Assembly: GCA_963696385.1 (NCBI GenBank)
Contig: CAVOKF010000004.1
Coordinates: forward strand, 512,001 to 576,000
Source: an uncultured delta proteobacterium
GTDB lineage: Bacteria; Myxococcota_A; Polyangia; Polyangiales; Polyangiaceae
Length of the DNA: 64,000 nucleotides
Direction: 5' to 3'
This document shows, piece by piece, positions 8,831 through 18,717 of the stretch. How positions within the stretch are numbered: position 1 is the first letter of the stretch; each line of letters starts with the position of its first letter. The position numbers were made by a program, and so were the translations under genes. The notes under the pieces are model-generated. The model was not told the origin of the DNA and ran no database searches. It was given only the letters and a program-made list of their open reading frames with translations.

Positions 8831-10069
8831 CGGAGAAAGCGCTGCCGAGATGAACCGCCCCGGTAGCAGCGATGCGCCAAAGATCGACTGCGCTTCGAGC
8901 CAGTAGAAGCCCGTCGCCGCAACCACAGCGCCGGGGTCGCCCGTGAGGCGGGCCATAACCACAAAGGGAATCAAGAAGAGCGCATGCCACGGCATCGTCT
9001 GGGGAGTCATCGCGAGCATGAAACATTGCCAGACCATGGTCAGCACCAAGAGCCAGTGCCGGGCACTCGCGACATAGGCGACGATGAACACCAGAGGGAC
9101 CGCAAAGTCCCAGGTGCTCTGTCCCCGAAAGGTGAGCTGTTTGTAGAGAATGACGTTCGTTTCGGGGAATCCGCGCAACAAGGGGTAAAGGAGAAAAAAC
9201 GGGTACGCCGCCAGCCCGACCATGGCCGCCGAGAGGGCGATCTTCTTGGCGAAGCAGACGCGATCGCCGGCCGAGTCCCGGCCCTTCCAGACCTGGAAGA
9301 GGGCGACTGCGAAGAGAGGTGCGTACCAAAGCGCCCGATAGTGGAGAAAGACCCCCGCGCTTAACGCCAATAGGGCATCCGCCCCTCGTTCGCGCGAGAG
9401 ATAGTAGACGCCAAGCGAGACCGCGGCAATCGCGATGGGGTCATACATACCCGAAAGGCTCCACCCGATGATCTGGCAGTAAAGCAATGCGAACAACCCC
9501 GCGAGCAGCCAAGCGTAGACGGCGGGTGTGCGCGCCGACCTCTCAAACAGCGCGCGGAACAGCAGCCACAGCAGAAAGTGTGCGCCGCAGAGGTACTTGA
9601 GTCGGGTAAAGACGCTGATAAATCGCAGGCTTGCGTTCGTGTGGGCGAACAGCCACGCCTCGGGCGCGGAGTAGAGAAGCGAACCAGGCGGATAAGGTTG
9701 AGGATAGTCCTGCCAGTTGACAAAGAATGGCCGCCTGCCTTTGGCGCCCGTTGCTTCGCAGATGTCGCAATCGGGGACGTTACTTGCTTTGGCGTAGGCA
9801 TGGGCCTCCGGCGTATCTCTCGCGTGACAAAAGCTCTTGCTCGGCCTCTTGTAGACGTCGAAACCGTAACGGGCGAAGAGCAGTACGTGCCCAAAGTGAG
9901 ACACGCTATCGCCGTTGCCCAAAATTAGGTCCCCGGGCCGGTACACGTGCAGCACAACGAGCGCACAGAGCAACCAGGAGAGTGCGAAGGCGACGATCTC
10001 TTGCCGGACGAGGGGCATGTGGCCTTGTCCTGGCCTTGCCCCGTCTCGTTTCGTGTTCGCCGATGTCAT
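8828..10069 (-). CDS. Polytopic membrane protein, possible GT-C (GT87-like) glycosyltransferase
   Basis: Many hydrophobic segments; large first loop with GDSVSH and PYPPGSLL; GMYDPIAI. Visibly lower GC than its neighbours. Confidence 0.6.
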   Translation of the reverse strand: MTSANTKRDGARPGQGHMPLVRQEIVAFALSWLLCALVVLHVYRPGDLILGNGDSVSHFGHVLLFARYGFDVYKRPSKSFCHARDTPEAHAYAKASNVPDCDICEATGAKGRRPFFVNWQDYPQPYPPGSLLYSAPEAWLFAHTNASLRFISVFTRLKYLCGAHFLLWLLFRALFERSARTPAVYAWLLAGLFALLYCQIIGWSLSGMYDPIAIAAVSLGVYYLSRERGADALLALSAGVFLHYRALWYAPLFAVALFQVWKGRDSAGDRVCFAKKIALSAAMVGLAAYPFFLLYPLLRGFPETNVILYKQLTFRGQSTWDFAVPLVFIVAYVASARHWLLVLTMVWQCFMLAMTPQTMPWHALFLIPFVVMARLTGDPGAVVAATGFYWLEAQSIFGASLLPGRFISAALSP

Positions 10070-10372
10070 GGCCACGCAGTGAGAAATCCGCGCGACGATC
10101 TAAACTGCTGTGAAGTGACCTCGTCAAGCGGCGCCAGGGCTTGATGGTGATGTCTTCGGATCAGAGCTTTCCTCGAGAACTGGCGCACGGTCGGGTACTC
10201 GGGATCGATCTCGCCTCCTCACCTGAAGGCGTGCGGTCTTGAGCTTTCCGACAGCTGGGGCCATCGGGACCAGCGGGCGCTGCATTCGGAAGACGGATGG
10301 CTGACGCCGCACGTGGCCGTGGCGCATGCCCGGGTGGGGTCGAAGCGAACGCAACCGGGCGCCGGTCCCGAC

Positions 10373-11170
10373 TCAGCTGGCCAGGGCCATCTCACCGACC
10401 TGCTTCTTTCCCTTCAATGACCGTGCCGCGAGGCCGGCAACCATGGCGAGAACCAGGACACGTAGGATGCGCAGGCGCACCTCAGTCTCGGGGGCGCGAC
10501 TGATGTTGTCGAGATGCCCGCCGGCGTGGATCGCGATGGCGACGGCGATGCTTCGGCTTCCTCGCTCGAACATCCAGGCCATCGGCACCGACCACAAGGC
10601 GAGGTCGAGTATGTAAACGAGGATCGTCGTCGCCGGCAGCGCGCGAAGTGGATCCGGCGCGAAGAGCATTCCCAGATGCCATAGGCCCCAGACGGTGCCC
10701 AGGATGAGCGAGCCGACCACGGGACCGTGGCGCTGCGCCAAGCGGGGATACGCGAAGCCGCGCCAGCCGAACTCCTCTCCCAAGGAGAACATGACCAACG
10801 CGGCGAAGTGTTCGGGCCTGACCGGCGGGTAGAACCAGTGCGCCGGGTGGCCCCCGAGGGCGACCTCGACTCCGGTCGCCGGGAACTGCACCGCCATGGG
10901 TAGCAAGAGCCCAAGGACAATCCAGATCGGTTGGGTCCGCCACCTGCCGAAAGCATCGCGTAGCTCACGTCGACGCGCAGCCAGGAGGAACGCGGCGAGC
11001 GTAGGCCCCAGTGCACCCAGTCCCACCATGGGCATCGCGTACGAGGGCGGTGCGGCCTTCGTGGCCCACGCCAACGCCAGGGGCAGGTCGAGCGCCCAGG
11101 TGATCCCGCATGCCAGCCCGAAGAAGGTGTAAACGTCGTTTTGCCCCGGCGACACGCGGTCGTCGATCAT
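10373..11170 (-). CDS. CPBP family (type II CAAX/Abi) intramembrane metalloprotease
   Basis: GEEFGWRGF, WGLWH, AIAIHAGGH motifs in a hydrophobic protein. Confidence 0.9.
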   Translation of the reverse strand: MIDDRVSPGQNDVYTFFGLACGITWALDLPLALAWATKAAPPSYAMPMVGLGALGPTLAAFLLAARRRELRDAFGRWRTQPIWIVLGLLLPMAVQFPATGVEVALGGHPAHWFYPPVRPEHFAALVMFSLGEEFGWRGFAYPRLAQRHGPVVGSLILGTVWGLWHLGMLFAPDPLRALPATTILVYILDLALWSVPMAWMFERGSRSIAVAIAIHAGGHLDNISRAPETEVRLRILRVLVLAMVAGLAARSLKGKKQVGEMALAS

Positions 11171-11256
11171 GGCCCGACAGACAGCCGAGCCACTGCGAGA
11201 GTTCCCTTCGGTTTTCGGGTTTCGTGGGAAAGCGTAACCGCCTAAGCGTCGCGTCC

Positions 11257-11285
11257 TTGACCCACCGCCGGCGAGCCTTTACTTT
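11257..11285 (+). promoter_or_regulatory. sigma70-type promoter
   Basis: TTGACC (11257-11262), 17-bp spacer, TACTTT (11280-11285). Confidence 0.65.
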
Positions 11286-11287
11286 GG

Positions 11288-11420
11288 GGCTCGGGCTCTC
11301 CCGAGTCCTGCTCACCCCGAGCCGCCCGGCACGGCAAACGACGAGAGCGAAGAGGGCTTGGCCCTTCGGGTTCGGTTCGACCCATCCCTCCATTTATTTG
11401 CTTCGCGCCGGGGCGGAGTT
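11288..11420 (+). ncRNA. Candidate structured 5' leader / cis-regulatory RNA
   Basis: Nested complementary segments between promoter and RBS: CTCGGG/CCCGAG, CCGCCCGGC/GCCGGGGCGG, GCGAAG/CTTCGC, AGGGC/GCCCT, GAGGG/CCCTC, GGGTTCG/CGACCC. Confidence 0.5.
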
Positions 11421-11439
11421 TTGATCATCGAGGAGAGCC

Positions 11440-11745
11440 ATGGCGAATCGACATGCCCACAAGAAGTTGCGCGCCGAGGTTCGGGCCAGGATGGCGGCGA
11501 CGGCTGAAAGCTACCAGCAGGCGCACGCCCGCGTCGCGACGCGCCGGGTCTCGGCAACCGGCCCGCAAACCGATCTGGTGCCCGTGTCCTACTACGGAAT
11601 TCCGCTCGCACTTGCCACGATCGAGATGCACGGCATGTCGATCGCCGTGCTGGTGCCGTCGTCCAGATGGTGGCGCCATGGCGACCCCGCTCAGTCTCCG
11701 GTGCCCTTGATGCGTGCTGCGATGCGGTCGCCGGGCGCAGCATGA
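11440..11745 (+). CDS. Small basic hypothetical protein with N-terminal KKLRAEVRARMAATAESYQQA helix motif
   Basis: GAGGAG RBS 5 nt before ATG; stop forms an ATGA overlap with the methyltransferase start. Confidence 0.7.
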   Translation: MANRHAHKKLRAEVRARMAATAESYQQAHARVATRRVSATGPQTDLVPVSYYGIPLALATIEMHGMSIAVLVPSSRWWRHGDPAQSPVPLMRAAMRSPGAA

Positions 11746-12638
11746 GCGCGCCTGCGACGCGGCTCATGGACGACGTCTCGGACACTGCGCGGTGGGTGGC
11801 CTTCCATCGAGCCTTGGAATCCGAGCGCCCTGACGCCTTGTTCATCGATCCCTTCGCACGACGATTGGCCGGGGAGCGCGGGCGGAGGATCGCCGAAGAG
11901 ATGCCGACGGTCGCGGGGCAGCCGGGACCACGCGGGCTCGCCTCGGGGCTCGCAGTGCGCACCAAGGCCTTCGACGAGATGATCCTCGACTGCGTTGAGA
12001 GCATTGGCGCCGATGCCGTGCTGAACCTCGCCGCTGGTCTCGATGTTCGCCCCTACCGCCTGTCGCTTTCCTCCTCGCTGGTCTGGATCGAAGCCGATCG
12101 TGCGGCGATCCTCGACGAAAAGACGGAGGTGCTCGCGCGCGCGAAGCCCGCCTGCATCGTCGAGCGAGTTGCGGTGGATCTTGCTGACGACCGGGCCAGA
12201 GAAAGCCTTTTCGACCGCGTCGCCGGTGCCTACACGCGGGTCGTGGTGGTAACCGAAGGTCTCCTCGTGTACCTCGATGCGGTACGCGTTGCCTCCCTGG
12301 CAGACGGGCTTCGTGGGCGAACGCCGATGCGTCGGTGGGTCCTGGAAAGCTGCGCCCCCGAGTTCCTCAAGCGGAACATGCGAGCCTGGGGCAAGGTCCT
12401 GGCCCAGGCGAACGCCGAATGGAAGTTCGCGCCCCCGAACGGGTTCGACTTCTTCCGCCCGCGTGGGTGGTCACCGATCCTCAGGCGCCCGTTCTTCGCG
12501 GAGGCCCGTCGCTTCGGCCGGGAGCGTGAGGTGCCTCATGCGTGGCTGCTGCGCGCGCTCTCGTCCTTTTCGGGGCGGTTCCGCCGAAGGATGGAGAACC
12601 TGGTCGTCTACGGTGTCATGGAACCAAGTGCTCAGTGA
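11742..12638 (+). CDS. SAM-dependent methyltransferase (LCM/YktD-like family)
   Basis: VSDTARWVAFHRALESERPDALFIDPFA, VLNLAAGLDVRPYRL, VTEGLLVYL. Confidence 0.9.
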   Translation: MSAPATRLMDDVSDTARWVAFHRALESERPDALFIDPFARRLAGERGRRIAEEMPTVAGQPGPRGLASGLAVRTKAFDEMILDCVESIGADAVLNLAAGLDVRPYRLSLSSSLVWIEADRAAILDEKTEVLARAKPACIVERVAVDLADDRARESLFDRVAGAYTRVVVVTEGLLVYLDAVRVASLADGLRGRTPMRRWVLESCAPEFLKRNMRAWGKVLAQANAEWKFAPPNGFDFFRPRGWSPILRRPFFAEARRFGREREVPHAWLLRALSSFSGRFRRRMENLVVYGVMEPSAQ

Positions 12639-12824
12639 GTTCACCGACCTCGCTCCGCGGTTGCCGGAGACGCGCAGAAGATGGATCCGAAAGGGTCCTC
12701 GGCCGACGCGCTCCGCGACGCTCGCCAGCATGAATCCGACGCCCGCCGCCACCCTCTCGACACCCGGGACGGTGGTGAAGGGTGTCGGCCCGGCTCCGGG
12801 GCCGTGCAAGAACAAGAGGGCCAA

Positions 12825-13571
12825 GTGACGGCCCCGGCTTCTCTGTGGCCTGGTTCCGGAGTGGTCGTTTTGCTGCTTCTCGCATGGCCGCGGGACGCGT
12901 GCGCTTACCGACCCTTCGATGGCACGGACGCCGACGTGGCCGAACTTCATGAGGGGGAGTTCGAAATGCAGACGGTGGGCTACTACCGGGCTGGCGGCGC
13001 AACCTACTTCGACCCGGGGGGCGTGCTCAACTACGGCCTGATTCGGCGCGTGGAGCTCGTGCTTCAAGGGTTCGCCTTCGTCCCGTTCGATACCCAGTCG
13101 GGGCCGGCCAAGTTCACTGAGACGGGCCTCTTCGCGAAGGTCGTCTGGCGGGAGGGTTGTCTCCAGAGCAAGGACGGGCCCAGCCTCGCCACCGAGACCG
13201 GACCGCTCTTGCCGACGATCCACGATACGAAGGGCTTCGGCGCCTACTTGGGCGGTATCGTCTCGACGTGTTTCGGCGACGCTCTCATCGCCCACTGGAA
13301 CACGGAGGTCCAGATCCTGCCGCAGACCTTCAACCTGGATCTTTTCGGCGGGGTGATCCTCGAGCCACCGCCTTCGAAGTACGTCGTTCGACCCGTCGCG
13401 GAGTTCTTCGTCGAGCACGACTTCGGGGGAGTGCAGACGTACTCGGCGCTCGTCGGCGGCATCTGGCGCGCCACCGAAAAACTCGCCATGGATGTCGCGG
13501 TTCGCGAGGCCCTCGTCTCCGGACGGAACGTCAGCGAGGCGCGCGCCGGCTTTTCGCTGGCGATCCCCTAG
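12825..13571 (+). CDS. Exported, probably outer-membrane beta-barrel protein
   Basis: Signal-peptide-like N-terminus, then YRPFDGTDADVA; alternating amphipathic strands; C-terminal AGFSLAIP. Start (GTG 12825) is uncertain. Confidence 0.6.
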   Translation: MTAPASLWPGSGVVVLLLLAWPRDACAYRPFDGTDADVAELHEGEFEMQTVGYYRAGGATYFDPGGVLNYGLIRRVELVLQGFAFVPFDTQSGPAKFTETGLFAKVVWREGCLQSKDGPSLATETGPLLPTIHDTKGFGAYLGGIVSTCFGDALIAHWNTEVQILPQTFNLDLFGGVILEPPPSKYVVRPVAEFFVEHDFGGVQTYSALVGGIWRATEKLAMDVAVREALVSGRNVSEARAGFSLAIP

Positions 13572-13847
13572 GGTCGCGCGACGGGGACTTCGGCGGGCTT
13601 TCCTTCGGCCGTGGTCGGGTCTGCGCGGCCAGCGCCCGCGTTGGGAACGCTCGCGCAAGCCCCGACGAAGACGACGAGCCTTGCGAGAAGGCAACGCGCA
13701 CGCCCGTTCATTCGCGTGAGCAGTCGCGAGGCGTGTGTTTCGGCGTGGGCCGCTCGGCTTGGGCTCGTTCGCCGGTTCGACCCGTTGAATCTGAACGCGC
13801 TTGACGACAACGGGAGAACGGCCGCGTTGACGTATCAGCCGTCGGCC

Positions 13848-13988
13848 TTCGAACTTCAAGAGTCCGTGGCTCCACGATCCAATCGCGGCGCGCACCGCGT
13901 CGTACCCGGCAGCGGCCATCTGATCGTTGCGGACCGCCCTGATGTTGTGGCGGCCGCCATCCTGGAGCTGGTCGACGACGCGCAATGA
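13848..13988 (+). pseudogene. C-terminal remnant of an alpha/beta hydrolase
   Basis: FELQESVAPRSNRGAHRVVPGSGHLIVADRPDVVAAAILELV matches the catalytic-His region of alpha/beta hydrolases; no GxSxG part upstream. Confidence 0.6.
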
Positions 13989-14921
13989 CATGGGCTGAGC
14001 GGACTCGCGCGAGCGCCGAGGACTCGCGAGGACCTGGCCCGAACACCGGCGCAATCGTCACGAAAAGCCGAGATGACGGCTGTCGCCCTCCACCGCAACC
14101 CCTTCCATGGCCAGTGCGAATTCGAGTTGCAGTCACGCTGAAGTCGGCCACCAGTAACGGAACAATCTCGATCGGCCGCTCAGCCGCCAGGCGGCACGCG
14201 ATTTCTGAAGCCTCGTCAGAAGTGCTTGGAGCGCGCACGTTTTCTATCCGAGGTCCGACGCGTGGCTCGTGAGTCGGTGTATCGTCGATGCAGCACGCAG
14301 CACTTCGCGAGGATGTCGAGGCTGGCTGCGTGGCAGGATAGGGCATTCAATGACGGCTCTTGTCGGCCCGTCGATGTCTATATAGAGATATTTCGCGCTG
14401 CATCTCGTGGCCGAGCTCGGCGATGGCGATCTTCTTTTTGCGCCCGTTGGTTCGTGGTCGTCCGGTCGTGCTTGCAACCGGGCTGCGTTGCGACCCGCAG
14501 CATCCCGCATCGCGGCCGGCGCGGATCCCAGTCACGCGGGCACTGCCCGACGCGATCGGTTTCTTCCGCGTCTATGCCGATCGGTTGCGACGCAAGAAAC
14601 CAAAAAGGCGCGTGCAAGGCGACCTGGGCGTAACTTTGCGTCCGCAATGGAAATAGCCAACGTTTCTCGAGTCCTCCGAAAAAAAAACGAACGTTTGGTC
14701 GATTTCGTGACCTTCATTTTCAAGACCCTCGCCCTTATTGCTTACGAGGTGGCTTCGTACGACACGGTGACTCGAGAAGGCACGGCAATGAAGAGCGGTC
14801 CTCTCGTCAGAACAACGCGCTCGGACAGTTTTGATCGCATCAACAATTGCGGCGGGATGGGATGCCCAGAGGCTGCGCACGATGCAAAACGGCGCAGGCT
14901 CCGTCATCGGAGGAATTTTCC

Positions 14922-16907
14922 ATGAGGAAGAACAAAGACGTTATCGGGCTTCTCACTAGGTGGGGGACCGTCGCATTGGTCGCCTCGTCGGCTGGCATGG
15001 GCATAGCCGCCTGCACCGGCTCAATCGGAGGGGGCAACCAGGGCTTGGGCTCCGGGAACGGTGGCCCGGCCACGGGCGGAACTAGCGCAAACAACGGAAC
15101 CACCGGCGCCGGAAACGGAAGCCCGACCAGCAACGGCGATCAACCAGGTACGACTGGCGCGGGTTCGACCGCGAGCACGAGCACTTCGGGAACGGCCACC
15201 CTCGGCAATGTGCCCGCCGGCGGCCTCGACACGGCCGGCGTGGTGATGCGGCGCCTCAACGACCACGAGTACGACAACACCGTACGCGACCTGCTCGGTA
15301 CGACGCAGACGCTGGCCGCGACCACGTTCCCGGGCGACAGCGCGGACGACGGCTTCGACACGGTGGGTGACGCGCTGAGCTACTCGCCCATACTCTTCCA
15401 AAAGGAATTTGCGGCTGCCACGACACTCGTCACCGAGCTCATGGCGCGGGCGCCGACCGACCCCCTCTTTACGGCGGTATTTCCGAGCGGGATCCCAACG
15501 TCGGCGAACTTCAGCTCGGCTCTGACGACCGTCTTGACCAGTTTCATGCCAAAGGCTTGGCGGCGTCCGGTTACAGCGGCCGAGATCGCCACGGCGGTGG
15601 CCGTGGGCGAAGCGGTCTTGCAGCTCGCGGAAGACGCGGGCGCCGGTACCGCGGCGGACGGGGGCGCTGGGCCCGACCCCGCACAAGCTGGCGTCAGCGA
15701 TGCCCTCCAGTACGTGCTCGACTCTCCGAACTTCCTCTTCCACGTCGAACTCGGAAGCCCGGCCATCACCCCCTCGTCGACGGCGTTGGTCAACCTCAGC
15801 GACTACGAGGTCGCTAGCCGGCTCTCGTATTACCTCTGGGAAAGCATGCCGGACAGCACGCTGACGGCGCAGGCGGCCGCTGGAACGCTCGCCGCCAGCG
15901 GCACGCCAGGCTCTGGCACGCCTGGCTCGGCTGTCGCGGCTCAGGTGACCCGCATGATCGCGGACCCGAAGTTCACGACAGGCTTCATCGCTGACTTCGT
16001 CGGCCAATGGCTGGGCGTAAACACGATCTCCGCGAACGTGGACCCCGACCCGACGATATTCCCCGCTACCGCAGTCAACGGAGCCCTGGACACAACGTGG
16101 CTCAACTCGATCGGGCCCGAGACCGACGCATTCCTCGCCAACCTGATTTCGACCAACGCGCCCCTCACCGAGCTCTTGACGGCCGATTACACCTTCGTCA
16201 ACGGCCGCCTCGCGCAATTCTATGGGCTGAGTGGAGTCCCTGCGACGCAGACGACCTTTACCAAGGTGAGTCTGGCCGGCACCGAACGGCAAGCGGGCAT
16301 TCTCACGCAGGAGACCTTCCTCACGACCACGTCGTTCCCGAACCGAACCTCTCCGGTTTTGCGCGGAGTCTACGTCATGACACAACTGGTCGGCACCTCG
16401 CCGGGCACCCCGCCCGCCAACGTGCCCGCGTTCGTTGTGCCCGATGCTGGATCGGGTGAGACGGTCCGCGAGTCTCTCGATCAGCACGCAAACAACCCCG
16501 CATGCTCCTCGTGCCACAACGTGATCGATCCCATCGGCTATACCTTCGAAAACTTCGACGCCACGGGCGCGTATCGAACCACGGACAATGGGTCGCCCAT
16601 TGATGCGACCGGCACCCTGGACGGGCAGACCATCAATGCCACCACGGGGCAGGTGACTTACAACGGGGCGTCGGTCAACGGGGCCGCCGCCATGGCCGCG
16701 GCCATCGTCGCGGATCCACGCTTTCCCCAGAACATTGTCAAGCAACTGCTGACCTACGGCGTCGGTCGAACCTTCGACACGGCTGCCGCACTCGGATATG
16801 TCGAGACTGTCGCTGTGCCGCTCGCCAAGAGCGGAACGTGGCAGGCCGCGCTGCAAACGGTCGCAACGAGTCAAGCCTTCATGACCACTCGGGGTGGCTC
16901 CCAGTGA
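14922..16907 (+). CDS. DUF1592/DUF1588 (with DUF1587/1595/1585) lipoprotein with a haem-c motif
   Basis: GGAGG RBS; lipobox IAAC; RRLNDHEYDNTVRDLLG, AWRRP, SPNFLF, EVASRLSYYLW, TSPVLRG, CSSCH, FENFDATG. Confidence 0.9.
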   Translation: MRKNKDVIGLLTRWGTVALVASSAGMGIAACTGSIGGGNQGLGSGNGGPATGGTSANNGTTGAGNGSPTSNGDQPGTTGAGSTASTSTSGTATLGNVPAGGLDTAGVVMRRLNDHEYDNTVRDLLGTTQTLAATTFPGDSADDGFDTVGDALSYSPILFQKEFAAATTLVTELMARAPTDPLFTAVFPSGIPTSANFSSALTTVLTSFMPKAWRRPVTAAEIATAVAVGEAVLQLAEDAGAGTAADGGAGPDPAQAGVSDALQYVLDSPNFLFHVELGSPAITPSSTALVNLSDYEVASRLSYYLWESMPDSTLTAQAAAGTLAASGTPGSGTPGSAVAAQVTRMIADPKFTTGFIADFVGQWLGVNTISANVDPDPTIFPATAVNGALDTTWLNSIGPETDAFLANLISTNAPLTELLTADYTFVNGRLAQFYGLSGVPATQTTFTKVSLAGTERQAGILTQETFLTTTSFPNRTSPVLRGVYVMTQLVGTSPGTPPANVPAFVVPDAGSGETVRESLDQHANNPACSSCHNVIDPIGYTFENFDATGAYRTTDNGSPIDATGTLDGQTINATTGQVTYNGASVNGAAAMAAAIVADPRFPQNIVKQLLTYGVGRTFDTAAALGYVETVAVPLAKSGTWQAALQTVATSQAFMTTRGGSQ

Positions 16908-16938
16908 TATCGAAAAGTTTGAAAGGCGGAGATGTCAC

Positions 16939-18525
16939 ATGAGCATCGGAGTCAATAAGTCGCGTCGCGTGTTTCTGTCTGCTGCCGGAGTTACGCTCGT
17001 TTTGCCGTTCCTGCCGTCGGCGTTATGGTCCCGGCGGGCGGCTGCAGCGCCGGCTGCTGCCGCGGCTCCGCCGCGGCGTTTCATTGGATGGTTCAATCCA
17101 AACGGCATGGTCATGCCGAACTGGACGCCGAACGTGGCCGATGGGGTGCAGTGGACTGCAACCCAGGGCACGCCGCTCGCAAGTTCCGCTTCAGCGACCT
17201 ACACGGCGGCGAACATCGGCGCGTCGTCGATCCTGTACCCGCTCATCGCCGCCAACCTCCAGAAGAAGACGCTGATCATTTCCGGTCTTGATCACCAGAA
17301 TATCGCCATCCCGACTCCGGCTTGTACGACGGACTCGGTGCCGGGCGGTCACGGTTCGGGAACGGGCTGCTTTCTCAATATGGTGGGCGTCAACTGCGAA
17401 TCGACCGACCCGACGCGCACCAGCCTAGACCAGCTTCTGCTGCCGGTCCTCAACGCCGGCGGAGCACCACTCTTGCCGACAGGGCTGCAAATCGGCCTCC
17501 AAGGCGACAACGACATCTGCGACAATACCAACTGCAATTTCTCGCGGATGATCTCGTGGAGCAACGGGGCTGCGATGTCCAATCTCTACGACCCGCAGCA
17601 GATCTTTCTAGAGCTGTTCGGGTCGTCGCCCACGACCGGCACGACGACGCCGGCAACCACGGCCGCGGCGGCTGCCCGCTATGCCCAGCAAAAGAGCATC
17701 CTCGACGCGGTATTGGCCGACTCGAACTCCCTGGCCACGAAGCTCAGCCCGCGCGACAACATCATGCTTCAGCAGTATCAGGCGGCGGTGCGCGACCTCG
17801 AGGTACAACTGCAGAATCAATCGACGGCTGCGCCGCTCACATGCACGAAGCCCACGGAACCAGCGGCAGGACTCGGGCCCTTGCCGACGACGGGCGGAAG
17901 TCACGCGGTGATTCCGAGCACGTTTATCGAGGGCAACATGCCCTACATGCTCCAGTTCATGGCCTTGGCGTTCACGTGCGACATCACGCGGGCGATCACG
18001 TTCATGTTGGGCAACGGTACGAGCAACAACGACTACGAGTTTCTCATGGGCGTCTCGACGGCGCACCACGGGACCTCCCATCACGGCGGCGCCCCGTCGA
18101 AGTTGGCGGCGCTGACCCAGATCGATACCTGGGAAATCACGCAGATAGCAACGCTTCTAACGTCGCTCAACAGCGTGATGGAGTCCGACGGCACGACGGT
18201 TCTCGACAACACGACGTTCTACATGTCGTCCGACATTGGCGACGGCGCTACTCACAACCATTGGGATATGCCGGTCCTTCTTGCCGGTGGCGCAAGCGGC
18301 AACATGAAGATCGACGGTCGGCACGTCAATTACTACAGCGCCACCGATATGCCGCTGCCGCGAGCGTTGACGAACTATGCGGGTCCGCGAAACCCGAGTC
18401 AGTCAACCGCTCAAGTTCACGCCACCATTATGCAAGCCCACGGCCTTCCGTCAGCGACGTTCGGTCAGTCGGGTACGAACGCCGAATATGGGCCGTCGGG
18501 CCCGCTCACTGAGCTGCTGACCTAG
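16939..18525 (+). CDS. DUF1552 (HXXSHH) protein, Tat-exported
   Basis: SRRVFL twin-Arg signal; PNG, SLDQ, AFTCDITR, HHGTSHH, TVLDNT, GDGATH, PVLLAG. Confidence 0.9.
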   Translation: MSIGVNKSRRVFLSAAGVTLVLPFLPSALWSRRAAAAPAAAAAPPRRFIGWFNPNGMVMPNWTPNVADGVQWTATQGTPLASSASATYTAANIGASSILYPLIAANLQKKTLIISGLDHQNIAIPTPACTTDSVPGGHGSGTGCFLNMVGVNCESTDPTRTSLDQLLLPVLNAGGAPLLPTGLQIGLQGDNDICDNTNCNFSRMISWSNGAAMSNLYDPQQIFLELFGSSPTTGTTTPATTAAAAARYAQQKSILDAVLADSNSLATKLSPRDNIMLQQYQAAVRDLEVQLQNQSTAAPLTCTKPTEPAAGLGPLPTTGGSHAVIPSTFIEGNMPYMLQFMALAFTCDITRAITFMLGNGTSNNDYEFLMGVSTAHHGTSHHGGAPSKLAALTQIDTWEITQIATLLTSLNSVMESDGTTVLDNTTFYMSSDIGDGATHNHWDMPVLLAGGASGNMKIDGRHVNYYSATDMPLPRALTNYAGPRNPSQSTAQVHATIMQAHGLPSATFGQSGTNAEYGPSGPLTELLT

Positions 18526-18612
18526 TCGAATCGGGTGCTGCAGCAGGAGGCCGAGTCGAGGCCGCAAGGGCGGGGGTCGTCCGAGTTCTGGGCGGCCGGC
18601 CAAGGTCGCTAG

Positions 18613-18654
18613 CGCAAAGTAGCGCGCCAACGCACGCGTTGGCGCGCTTTTGCG
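18613..18654 (+). terminator. Strong hairpin, probable intrinsic terminator after DUF1552
   Basis: AGCGCGCCAACGC (18621-18633) / GCGTTGGCGCGCT (18636-18648) perfect inverted repeat followed by TTT; extendable by CGCAAA/TTTGCG. Confidence 0.65.
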
Positions 18655-18717
18655 TTTCGCGTAGGCAACTGACGGCGCGATCGTCGCTGACGTGTGATCG
18701 AATCTCCTGTCCGCCCT

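Noticed and set aside
10373..11170. CPBP/Abi protease as a phage-defence or bacteriocin-immunity system
   Set aside because: No defence or bacteriocin context; the family is widespread and this is not evidence on its own.
11330..11356. GGCAAAC start resembling a c-di-GMP-I (GEMM) riboswitch
   Set aside because: The GAAA-loop/GACGCAAAG continuation and the second hairpin of GEMM are absent.
11365..11393. tRNA-like GGTTCGACCC...CCA segment
   Set aside because: No T-stem pairing around TTCGA and no D or anticodon arms; treated as part of the leader structure.
12640..12830. Minus-strand LLFLHG as the missing N-terminus of the hydrolase remnant
   Set aside because: Opposite strand to the 13848-13988 fragment and no further hydrolase motifs.
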